A DNA stretch of 40,026 nucleotides from Mesotaenium endlicherianum. Its lineage: Eukaryota. The stretch spans positions 343,755 to 383,780 of the forward strand of contig WELA01000937.1 in assembly GCA_009602735.1 (NCBI GenBank). The letters are read 5' to 3'. Positions within the stretch are counted from its first letter, which is position 1, and every line of letters starts with the position of its first letter. Positions 1 to 11,641 of the stretch are shown in pieces. A model generated the notes under the pieces. That model was not told where the DNA came from and did no database searches. It saw only the letters and a program-made list of their open reading frames with translations. Position numbers and translations under genes: made by a program.

Positions 1-893
1 CGCCCCCGCGACGAACCCCGCCCCCCATCCACCTTCCCTCTTTACCCCGATCGAGATTCGCTTGTCCCAGACCAGAGTGCAGCACGATGAGTGCCGCACT
101 CTGCAGAGCCCAAGCCGCACGCGTCTGCCGGCACGCGCGACAGCCCCCGCGCACAAGGGAGCGGCCTCGGAGCGCTCCGCGCGGGTGGCCGCACGTAAGC
201 TTGCCAGGTCGGATGCCGGGTGTGTGAGAATTGCTGCTGCATGCCACCCTTGTATCCTCACTCCGACAAAAAAGGGCCCCTGTTTGGTGAGGGTCCTGAG
301 GAGCCATTCATCCTTCCCAGCACTAGCATTCCGATTCTGGCTGTGATACGCCCTTTGCCATCCCTAACCCCCCCTCATGTGAGCAAGCAGATCCCTCTGA
401 TACCTCAGCCCACAGGGCATTCCGGCAAGCTGCAGACTAGCACCCCAGCCCAGTCGGGCTGCTCGCGAAGTTTCCCCAGCCTGGGGAGCCTTCATAACCA
501 TATAGTTGTCTAGCTGCTACGCCAAAGAAGCTAGAACTTTGAGACCCACCACATCATAGGCTGGAAGGCCCAACCTGCACCCTCTTGCTCCTCCCCCCTT
601 CACCCCTTCTTCTCTTGCCTTCCCACTAAGTCAGCGGGCGCTCCAATGACCCTCCCAGTCCTCACTACTGCCAGCATCGCCCACTCAGGAGCTCATCCGT
701 CGGAACGACAACACACGGCCGCAAAATTGCCCGGAGAGCCCAATCGGGAGCTCATCCCTCAGAGCAACGACTCTTGACTTGATAAAAGGGCGTACGCAAA
801 CAAAGGCCCAGCCCTCCGCTGTGCACGACGCGGCACACGCACTCCAAGGGACCCTAGCCAGGGGGGGGGGTGGGGAGGGACAACGCGACTCAC

Positions 894-3585
894 AGGGGCT
901 GCAGGGCTGATGGCATGCACAGGTGGCGGCGCCTGGGGAGCGGCGGGAGCAGCGGCAGCAGGGTTGCTGGCGTAAGCCGGCTGAGGAGATGCGGCGGACT
1001 GCCCCAGGCCGGCTCCTGGATAGGGGGGGGGCTGCTGGGGGGCAAAACCCAAGGGCCTGAACTGGCCCTGGCTCGGGGCCTGGGCTGGAGCTGCTGCCTG
1101 CGCCTGCGCCCCATACTGCACACACCACCACATGCCTCAGGCTCAGGCTCGAGCTCAGGCTCGGGCTCAGCTCGGGCTCAGGCTCGGGCTCAGGCTTGGG
1201 CGCAGGCTCGGGCTCAGGCTCAACTCGGGCTCAGGCGCGGGCTCGGGCTCAGGCTCAGGCTCAGGCTTTCACTCAGGCTCAGGCTTTCACTCAGGCTCAG
1301 GCTCTTACTCAGGCTCGGCTTCCTATGCAGCGTAACAGAGCCCCCCTGCAAGGCGAGCATTGGTGCCTCGCATTGCCAAACTCCCGGCGTTGGGTCAGCA
1401 GCTGAGGGGTGCACGAGGCTGGCTCGCATAATCTTTACTCGAAAGGTCCAGGTGCAGGTCCAGGAAAGGCATGCCAAGGGGCCGGGGTTTTGGCGCCTGG
1501 TTTTTTTGGTTTGGGGGAGGGGGGAGGGGGAGGAGATGCAGGTGGGCGCATGTAAGATAGGTCTTGGAGCATCAGCCAGTGCGCAAATCCTCTTGGCTAT
1601 TGCCACTATGTGAACAGAACCGCGCCACTGTAGCGAGGGCCCCCCCCGGGCACGTTTGTCGGGCAGACCACAAGTGCCACGGACACTGGAGGGAGCAAGC
1701 CCGGCAGGGGGGAAAACAACCTCGACTGATTCATGCGACGAGCAGAAAGAAGAGCCTCAAGCGCGTGGCGTGACATGAAAAGCCCTGCCGATCTGCGGCG
1801 CGAGGAGGGGGAGACTCCACCATACCTGACGTGAACAACGCAATGCAAGCGGCATAATGCAAGCACGCCAGTTTCCAGGGGCTACCACTGCACCTCCGAC
1901 TGTCCCACCGTTCACCAAGTAGAAGGGGGGAGGGCGACAGGGACGGGGACGGGGCCAGGGCCGGGGCCGNGATTAGGAGGAGAGAGTGAGTTGGAGGAAA
2001 CTTACAGGGTAAGCGGAGGCAGATCCTCCCGGCTGCTGTGGGGCTGGGGGCAGGGGGACTCTCGAAAACCCCTGGCTAGGGAGGGCGTGCTGGGGGGGGG
2101 CTGCAGCAAAGCTCATGCCTGGCGGTCTGGGGAGCATCGCAGAGCCGGGCCGAAACGATGACTGGCTGGAAAACTGGGACGTCTGGGGAGGGGGCAGGGG
2201 CACTCCCGGGCGATACAGCTGCGGAGGACGCATGCATGCATGCATGTGCATGCAACGGCATGCGAAGGACACGTGTCAGACAGAGCGCGCGCGGAGGCTG
2301 GACTTGCTGGTGACACTTTGCTATGAGGGTGAGTGGACAACGCGTGCCACCGTCCGGACGGCACGCGTTTCATTATGTCTTTTGCTTTGTTTCTGATATC
2401 TCACCAGCTGTATAGTGTTCTCCTTAGAGAAGACGCAGCAGCTTCAGCTATACCAGAGCAACAACGACGACGACAGATCACAGGGGGGAAAAAGGCAAGG
2501 TGGCTGCAGAAGGATACTAAGTTGTGATCTCAAGAGGCTGCAGAGAGAGAGCACTACGTGGCACAAGGAGGAGGCTGCAGGAGACTGAAAGCTGCCCTGT
2601 CCACATGATCCAATTACTAAGAAGACGAGCATCGCACAAAGAATGCAAAAAGAACGCACCGCTGCCGTTGCCCCGCTGGACGATCCAATGGAGCCGTTTG
2701 CTGGAGGGCCCTGCCTCTGTTGAAAGCCGGACGAAGCTTGCATTGTAGGAGCACCCACCTAAAGCAAGTGAAAGAGAAGAAGGTCAGGCTTACTATAGGT
2801 AACAAGGTAGCACACATAGAAGCAGCTTTGCCTTAACAGACTTTACAGGAGGGAAACACCCAAAGCTATTAACTGTCCCTTTGACGTAAGGAACAGCCTT
2901 GTTTCTAGACACGTCATGCATCAGGAATACCTTACATGCTTTTGCCCGTATTATAAGAATGACTGCAGTTGGGAAACTGACAACTTTGTTGAAATGCTGC
3001 ACAAAGTGAATATCCTGTCAACCTTAAGCATCATGAAGTTAAAGTATGTGAACTACCATAGGCGCGGAAGTTGCATTTGCAGACGATGAGTGGGATCCGC
3101 CAGGGGCACCAGGAGCACTTGGCGCAGCAGCGGACATGCCTCCAGCTGCAAACGCGATTCACCTCATCAGAAAGTGGACAGCTGCAGGTAATTTGACAGA
3201 TATAGAGCTCTAGTGGATCGACCTCTATGAGAAAGACGCCAGACCTGCTTAGCTACAAAGACGCCTGACGTTTTAGTTTCACGAACAAAACACCTGCAGA
3301 TCCTATGGGAGGAAAGAATAAGCTAAGATATTTTTTTAAATGTTTGTGTAGGGATGCATATCATCTACATGCTGATGCTTAAGCTCGTATGTGCCATCAA
3401 GAAAGGAAACTGTGCCCGATGCTGCTCATAACAGCCATAGCTTTACGACTTCCGCAACCAATGTGTCCAACAGTTCAAGGGAAACGAGAGCACCGGAACA
3501 AATCTCTAGTCATACCTGTCATCCAAGCAGGCAAAGTCATACCCCGACCTCTACCGGACCCCGCATGTGGTGGAGGACCTGCCAT
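894..3585 (-). CDS. 5' part of a multi-exon gene encoding a Pro/Gln/Ala/Gly-rich low-complexity N-terminus; it has no stop and probably continues beyond the left window edge. Family not identified.
   Basis: Phase-consistent GT-AG exons: 3585-3516 (MAGPPPHAGSGRGRGMTLPAWMT), 3145-3057, 2758-2660, 2218-2006, 1115-894 (YGAQAQ...QFRPLGFAPQQPPPYPG...SPAAP|GTGAGT). No folded domain is visible in the window. A CAG acceptor 2 nt upstream of the ATG suggests a further upstream (UTR or coding) exon. Confidence 0.7.
1136..1320. repeat. Intronic hexamer tandem repeat (GCTCAG/GCTCGG)n, about 30 units
   Basis: Directly visible; it lies just upstream (transcript sense) of the acceptor of exon 1115-894 and explains the AQ/GS/LR dipeptide ORFs in the ORF track. 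Confidence 0.9.
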
Positions 3586-5469
3586 GGCTGGTTCTCAGCG
3601 AGGAAGCAGAATCACCATACACAATATCCTGCCCTTCAATAACTTAGTAAGACTTTCTGTGGCACTAATAGAAAACGATACGCTGGGCTGGCTGGAGCCT
3701 GGAACCCTTTGAAACCCTCCCCGTTCAGAATATGTGGGGATCAATGAGTAGCACGTCAGCAACCCCCTTGAAGGCCGTGCAGAGTTGACTAGAATGGGGG
3801 TACGCTAATGACTCGTATGCGATACGTATTGGTCAGTTTTGGTCACCCGATGCCCATCGGGATACGCTCGTTAAGGAACACTCAAGTACGCATAAACAAC
3901 CATAAAATAAAGCCTTGGGATGCGCAAAAACAGATCACGAATATACGCAAAACAGGAGACATGGGGTACGCGAAAACAGACAGCACGGGAACGCAAAGCT
4001 CACTGAACGTAAATGTGAGTCGCTTGTGACGCGCACGAATGTCCAAGAAAGGTTTGGAAATGGCATGGGTCATGCATAATGGGGAAACTTGCCTTCAATT
4101 TGTCAAACCGGTAAATAATTTTGTAATAAACGACAGGGCGCTCCTTTTTCGTAAAAGCTTATTTTTCTTTCGGTTGATGTTGGAGCTTTAGATATTGTCA
4201 TGCTTCTCATTTTTATGCGGTTTCGTGAACACGAGCCGTTAGAATTTCTCACTCTAAACAACTACCTTTCGTTTTCACAAAAACTTTAAGTATTTGCCTA
4301 AACACCCGAAATCCTAAAAGAAGTTTTGCCCGGGTGGCATAGGTCGTATGAAGAATGCAAAAAATCACTCGCTGGGTGTGCACAATGGAGTTGCATGTGG
4401 TACACTAAGCTGACTTGAAAGGAAAAAGCCTGGTTTACTTGCGTGGGGCAAGCAAAGTGAAGTTCCTATCAAATATTGTGCCGTCAACGATAGTCTACGT
4501 TCAAAAATAAATTAGGCAGCGGTGAAAACAGAGGGATGACGTACATAACGTATGTAGCATACCTGATTTTTTGTCCATGTATGAAAACAAAGTCGTCAAC
4601 GTGGAACAACTCAGTGCTCACATGATATAATGTTTATTCTCTTTTATTGCAAAGTATCTTCAAAGAAGCGGAGTACGCGTAACTTGTATATTTGCTGTGG
4701 GGAAATATTATGTACAATTGTAGTGCAATATATTCTATGAGGAAAAAGAAGGCAAAGTACAATGCATTGAGTCCTTTTGACAGCGGATTTATGTATAACA
4801 TGTTCGTATGGTTTACCGCTTACTGGAGGTGTGAGGTAATCACAACATTGAGTGTAAGCCCATGGAGAGATTGATAGCGGAGAAATCCATGCTCAATTCT
4901 TACATTCCATTTGCAAACATAGCTTCCAATGGTTGTTTAATGGCCTTAGTCCTAGTAACTTGACTTGTCACAGCAGATTGTGGCCTTTGCACAAGCAACT
5001 TCGACTATGAAGGATGGCAATGCAACCTGGACTTGAAGTGACCTCGGTCTATAACAATGGCGAAGCAACATCACAGAGCAATGTCATAACAGAATTTGTC
5101 CAACAAAGTTTCAAGTTGCACAATCGAAAATATATGAAGTCCGACACAAATACTACATGAGGCACCTTAATAACAACCAACAACAAGACTTCACATGTGG
5201 TCAAAATTGGAGTGGATACCTTATTTTAAACCCCCAAAAAAGGCATAGTCTTTGCACTGTATTCTACACCATTATTTTTACACAGTTCATAGTACACAAG
5301 TACGCAATGGAATGCAAAAAAGTGCGACTTGCTCAGGGCTGACTACATCCCCTACTGCATACAGGGTGGACAAGTCAAAGAGGGGAAAAGGCCTACAAAA
5401 GGTACACCTGAGTTTGAGCTACTGCATCGTACACGTCGGGCTTAGCTTGATCATCCCCCGATGACACCA

Positions 5470-6640
5470 CTATAACGTCTTGACATAATTATCCAAGCCC
5501 TTCGTGAAAAGCTCGCACCTACACACAAGCTCCAGCGAGAGATTGATGAGATCCTCTCACAACTCATATAACAACGTGTCCCCCATAACACAAACAAACA
5601 TTCGCACAATAGAGAGAAGTTGAACCGACTAAACTACTCTACAATTGTGCATACTAGACAAGCACCCCTCATTTGCATACCTACCTCTAGAGAAAGCAAT
5701 AATCTGATGAGTGGTCTGCCCACACATCCCTACAAAAGGTGCAGTTGTATGTTGTCATGGACATGCCTTTCGCATCTATTGCTTCCTGTGATCAACTGAA
5801 GCAGAAGCAGTATGTTTCTAGAAGAGTAAGGCCACCATCCCAACAATTTTTTGCTTTGCAAATCAATGCATCATCTTGCAATAGTGGCCAGGTGCACATA
5901 CCTGAAGGGCTCGCCAGGCGTGTACAGAGGGTTCTTCACAACGTACTCCACGTACAAGTTGTTGTATATGTACCTCAAAGGTTCTCTCATATCAGCCGAC
6001 TTGGGATCTGACACGAGAATCAACTGCAAAACTGAAAGTAATGAGTACATTACTGGGGGCATTGTCCAAGTAGGATAGGGAGGGGTGCTTGTAGGCGGCT
6101 GGAGGACAAAAGCAGGCAAAAATTGCATATCTATTTCTGTTGTTAAGTCAGGTGAGAGTGATTGTACATACCTTCATTCCTGATGGCGTCTCCATATAAG
6201 TCAGCTTGTATGTATTGGTCCGAAAGCTATGGAATATGCAGCCTTGACTGTTTTTCCCACTGAAAAGAGGTCACCCAATAGCGCTTATCAGCCTCATTGT
6301 AACAGAAAATTACTAACTCTAGTTCACCAAATGTCTGCAACAAACTCGAATCTTGAGATCCGCATGGCTATAGAAAAAGGTTCATTGACCTCTGCAATAT
6401 GCTCGCTGCTGAAACATGTACAGATGTCCCCTACTGCTTGCGGAGGTGATTCTGACTATGAAGGTTAAAGCATGGAATCCCGGCTTACTTGATTGGGTCC
6501 ATCTTTTGTGTGAATGACTTTAGGGAAAAAATTAAGCCAAACATGAGCTTATGGTCGTCCGTTTGACCGGAGAGTGGACGGTTCCACTCGTGGTAGTAGA
6601 GACACCCGTTTCTGTTAAATATGTAGATCATATGCATCAT
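5470..6640 (-). CDS. TRAPPC1: Trafficking protein particle complex subunit 1 (TRAPPC1/BET5, sybindin-like longin domain), 136 aa, 4 exons
   Basis: Exons 6640-6489, 6259-6172, 6023-5902, 5518-5470 (411 nt, phases match). Translation MMHMIYIFNRNGCLYYHEWNRPL...DHKLMFGLIFSLKSFTQKMDP...GCIFHSFRTNTYKLTYMETPSGMKLILVSDP...LYVEYVVKNPLYTPGEPFRCELFTKGLDNYVKTL* matches plant BET5 motifs. Confidence 0.95.
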
Positions 6641-7190
6641 TTTTGCGGACCAAAAGTTTTCTCTTTTACTAAATCGAAACGGATGCTCTCATGGCCTTTT
6701 GACAAAAGGAACTTGCTAAGAAGCAGGCTCTAACGTGTATATGCGTTCTTCATGAGCTTTATGTCCAATGTACAATGGTGACCTCATTCCCGTCGCTTAA
6801 AAAAGACCAAGCAGCCACAGACCAATGCGAAGACTTCCAACAAACTTTGCACCAAGGATATTCTATTAGTGCTGCTAGTGCATTTTTGGGTCCATCAAAC
6901 TTCACGCCTGCATGCACCCAACTTGGGCGAGACTAATCCATGCGACGATAAGCGACTGTTCGTCTGGTGCACTCTATCGGACGCGATCACGGACGACTGC
7001 TCACCTTGGCTCGTATGAGTCGCTGAAGGCAGACAAATTCTCCGGTTTGCTCCGGTTTCTATCAAACAAAGCACAAGAAGGAAGGGCTTCTATGTTCAAC
7101 TCAGCGCGACTGACTAGCACTTGAAATACCGGACATGTAATGCCGATAGGAGGAGCTCGATTGTACTTGTACGCGATACGGTAGTAGAGC
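6641..7190. promoter_or_regulatory. Putative bidirectional promoter/5'UTR region between TRAPPC1 and PNISR
   Basis: Divergent start codons only 550 bp apart in an AT-richer, repeat-free stretch; no specific element is assigned. Confidence 0.55.
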
Positions 7191-10098
7191 ATGGATAACT
7201 CTGTGCCTCCCCTTGCTTCCTTACCTCGTGGTGCAGGTGCTCCAGGCTCATACAGTGCTCCCCAAGCGCAGCAACAGCAGCAGCAACAGCAACCTCAGCC
7301 GGTAACATATTCTGATGTCTCCGGCGGTGCAAACCAGGTTTGGCAGCAAGGAGCCCAGCAATACCAGCAACAGAATGCGACTGATGCCTATTCTCAGGCG
7401 GCATACTACGGTTATCAGCAGTATGCCCCAGCCCTTGCACACAACAATTATGGACAGCCTCAGCAGGTGGAATTCTGGAGCTCTTCAGCAATTTATTGGC
7501 AGCTCTTTCTTCTTCGATGAGCCAACAAATCCTTTTACCCCGCGTTCCCTCTGTCACTACTTTTACTCTGCATGGCCTTATAGAGCATGCGTGGAGCGTC
7601 TGCTTACCACCATGTCTGTTCTAAGATAGCTCGATATTGGGGCTGCATCTCTTTCTCCCGGTAGTGCAGATGTTGCAGGCTTGCGAGGAAGTGTGAATTC
7701 AGTCTTGAGAGGAACTATAAAATTATGTGAGAATGCCGTAATTCTGATTGTGGTCCTCCACCCTTACTTTACTGACATCCGCTCTTTAGCTGGCTTGCGT
7801 GCAGGCCTGGGACGCCAACAACTGGAGCCAACAATGGTCCCACCCGGGTATGACCTGTGGCTCCTCTCTTCTTGAGCTTCAATGCAAGGGTAGTAACAAC
7901 CTGCTTATAACAGAGGACGATTCTTGCAGGCCTTCCATACTTTGCCTGTGTTTCTTTGCTCCATCATTCAGCCTAGCTCTATTCCTCCGGATCTTGGGCG
8001 GTGTAAGTTGGGTCTCTTCCGTTCTCTTCTCCGTGTGGTACTTCGTACTTTCTCCTACGTGCTCATGGAGACAAATGGTCCCCACGCCCCCCTAATCCCC
8101 CCTCTCCCTTCCCTTCTCTGAATGCTAACTCTGCCGCTGCATGTGGAGGCACGGGTTTTGATTTTCCACACGCTTCAGATGCCAGCCGTCACGACATACG
8201 CCATCTGGTTTGGTCGGCCAGTTGGGTTTCTTTTATGTATCGACACATGCATCTGGTGTAAGCTTCGAGCTGATGAGGAAGAGAGCAGGTGGCAGCGTCT
8301 GCTGAGGGAGCAGATGTTCCGAGACGGAAATAGACGGGAACAGAAGGGAACAAACGGGATATAGAGGTCAAGGTCAGAAAGAAAGAGAGAAAGAGCTGCT
8401 TCAAAGCAGCATCAAGGGCCGCGTTGAGCACTTGTGGGCGGTGTGCGGGCAGAGATGAGTGTGCGAGCCTAGAGCACCTTGAAGCTCAGAGCATCACGAA
8501 GGAGAGCCGCGTCCAGCACGTGTGGGGTAATGAGGGTGGTTTTTTTTTTCTCAAGGAGGTGGAGTGTGGACTCTGTCAGGCGCGAAGAGAACACGCACGG
8601 CCGTTGAGATTGAATCTGATGGCTCACTGCCGACTCATTGTGCACTGCTAAGGCGAGAAGCGGGGAAGAAAGTTTTGCAAGGAGAACATTTGCGGCTGGC
8701 TAGTCCTCGATGCAGATGACAAAATTTTAAGGATGAGTTGGAGTGACAAGCTTCACATCTATCGCATACTTCATGGTGCCCTTGACTCAAACCAGAGACG
8801 GAGCTGGCCAATCAGGGCCGAGCCCAGAGCATGGCGCCGCCCAGGGCCCCCTGCCTCTGAATTTACCTGCTGGCTGAACCCTAAGCCCCACCTCGCCCTG
8901 CCCTGTCTGTGTCTCCCTCTTGCGGCAGGTGGCGGGGCCACAGCCACAGGCGCCCTAGGACCTGCCTCTGGCGCTGGGGCAGGTGGCGCCGCCGCTGCAG
9001 CAGCAGAATCGGACTGGGCGGCGAGGGCGCGCGCGTGGGCGGAGCAGAAGGCAGCCCAGGAGGAGGCGGCAGCAGCAGCTGCAGCGGCAGCTGCAGCCCA
9101 GCAGGCCCAGTCGGTGGCCCTTGCAGGTCCCGCTACTGCTGCTGCAGACACTCAGGGGCAGGGGCAGCCAGCAGCCCCTGGGGGGGGGCAGCAGTCTCAG
9201 CCGCAGGAGCCTCTGCTGTCCCATGCGCACGCGCACGACCAGCTAGCCCCCCTCCCAGCCCCTCCCCCCCCCGGCGCGGCGGCAAGCTTCGAGCAGCAGG
9301 TGCGTTCGTGCGCGTGTGCGTGCGTGCGTGTGTGCATACGTGCGTGCGCATGCGCGTGTGCGGCTCGTGACATCCGATAAACATGGTGGGCTGGACCGGG
9401 GGGGGAGCTCCGTTTGTGCCCCCTTGCTTTGGTTGCTTGCTTGCCGTGCTTGCTTTCTAGCTGTGCTTCTGCAATGGATCAGCATTTGTTCATTAGACCC
9501 CCCCCCCCCNCCTCTCCTTTGGTACCGAGAGTGCCGCAAGTGCTGAACGGTGCCGGATGTGCCAGGTGTGCCGCCTGAGCCCCCAGGCACTCAGGGTCAC
9601 GGCCGAAGCTCGGGTAGGTGCCAAGAGTGTTGGACGTGCTGAATGTGTTGAGTGTGCCGAATGTGCCGGGCTCGCTGCGTCGAGCCCCCGGGCTACCGGG
9701 CTGAATATCAAGGCACAGGAAGCACAGCCGCACAGCACGCGCCTGTCCTGCTATTCCTTCCTCCTCTGCTGGCGGCACATCCCGGCTGCCTCGTGATCTG
9801 CCGAGTTGGGGAGTACAGGATGTCCGAATCTGCCGAACTTGCCGAGTGTGAACGTGCCGAACGTGCGGGGTGCTGAGCGGACCTGCCATGTGTGCCGTGC
9901 GTGTGGGAAGCGTGTGCTGCAGGGATGGGGCGGGCAGTACGAGAACTTACGCCTTCAGAAGCAGCAGCAGCAGCCATCGCCCCCTGGGCCCCCTCCGCCG
10001 CCCCTGGCACCCGGCCAGGTGTCGCACGAGGGCGGGATGCTGTGGAGCGATGCCGGAGCACGAGCTGGCGCTGCGGCAGATGGACAGCACCCTGGTAA

Positions 10099-10152
<54 letters not shown>

Positions 10153-10600
10153 TTCTCAGGCGAAGGAGACAAGATGAACGGTGGTCTGTGCATTACAAGG
10201 AAAACCATTGCTTATCTTTGCGCTGCTTGGAGCCGCTGCTTGGAGCCTGAGGTCGGGTTGGGCGACAGGTGATAGGGCCAGTGAGGTCGTGCCACTTGGC
10301 TGAACCGGAGCTGGCATTGGCACCAGCCGGCTTGTAGGCCGGCGGCAAGGGGCTCTGCCTGACTCGGTGTCCAGAGTGACTGCTGGTTGCTGACGCGTTT
10401 GTTTCGCCAGCAGCATGCAGACGGCCTGGCTCTGCTTTGTTCCCGGGAGCCTGTAGTTTGTCATGCTGATGTGGCGTTGTATGTTGTGTGAGTTTCCCCC
10501 GGACAGGACGCGCGCCTCCTCCGCCTCCCTTGGGCTCAGCAGAAGAGCAGCAGCAGCAGCAGCAGCAGCACGTGCAGTACTGGCAGCACCCCGGGCAGCA

Positions 10601-10631
<31 letters not shown>

Positions 10632-11608
10632 TACCCCTACCCTGAGCCTCCGCCTGGCGGCCAGAGCTACGACCAGCAGCAGCACCAGCACCAGCAGTTT
10701 GCTTACCCGCCGCCGCCCCCTCCTCCGCCAGGTGGCGAGGCCCAGCAGGTGCCACCTGGTGGCTACTCGCAAGCGCAGCCCCTCCCTGGGCAGTTCCAGC
10801 AGCAGATGCCCTCGGATTACCATCATCAGCAGCAGCAGCACCAGCAGCCGCTGCCGCACGTGCAGCAGGCCGAATATCTGCACGCCCCCCCGCCAGGTCA
10901 CTTTCCCCCCCGGGGTGTCCCAGAGGGGGGTGGGCATGGAGGGCCCCCCTTTGAGGCGATGCACGACTGGCACCAGGCGCAGGCACAGTACGGCCACCCT
11001 GCTGGCCATCTCGGCATGCGCCAGGTGGAGCCCTCCCGCCACCCCTCGGCTCCTCCCTCCCGTGCGCTTGGTGATGCCGGTTGCGTGCTTGCTGCTCTTT
11101 GCGTGGCCGGGTTTGGAGCTGGAGCTGGATCCCATCTTGGAGCCGTTGCCGGAAGTGAATGGACAAGCTTTGAGCAATCCGGCTGCCTCGATTCGCAAGC
11201 CCGGCCCTGGGAGCCGCTTTTGTGCACGGGGCCTTCACTGAGCCTTAAACCCTGCGCCCCTTCTGTTAAGCCCTGCGCCCTTGCAGCTCCTTCATCCTGG
11301 CACGGGTGCAGCTTGACGTGTCGTCGTTCCCCTCTGCCTGCTCTGGCTCTGGCTCTGGCTCTGGCTCTCCTGCTTTTCGCGGGTGCTTTCTCTCTCACTC
11401 TCCCCCAATCTCTCTCCCTCTCCCTCGTCACCCCCCTCCTCTTTCTCTTTTCCCTCCCCCCCAACCACCTCCCCCCTCCCCCCTCTCTTCCCCTTCATCT
11501 TACATTCTGTGATGCGTGTGTGTGTGTGTTTGTGTGTGTGTTTGTGTGCGTGCTTGTGTGTGTGTGCGTGTGTTTGTGCACGTGTGCGATGTACTTTCAT
11601 TGCGCATT

Positions 11609-11641
<33 letters not shown>

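Noticed and set aside
46..100. Possible next exon of the left-edge gene (CAG|AGTGCG...G|GTAAAG; SAALIVLHSGLGQANLDR)
   Set aside because: Splice signals are plausible, but the composition differs from the other exons and it cannot be phase-checked downstream.
680..770. Minus-strand GATGAG...CTGA pattern suggesting a C/D box snoRNA
   Set aside because: No canonical RUGAUGA C box, terminal stem or recognisable rRNA-complementary guide.
870..1613. 247-aa plus-strand ORF with AQ/LR dipeptide repeats
   Set aside because: Product of the intronic GCTCAG repeat and the antisense of a GC-rich exon.
9369..9386. GACATCCGATAAA resembles the 5' part of plant U6 snRNA; ATGGCCCCTGCGC near 25246 resembles its middle part
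   Set aside because: Two isolated ~13-nt matches 16 kb apart, with no ACAGAGA box or flanking similarity; most likely chance.
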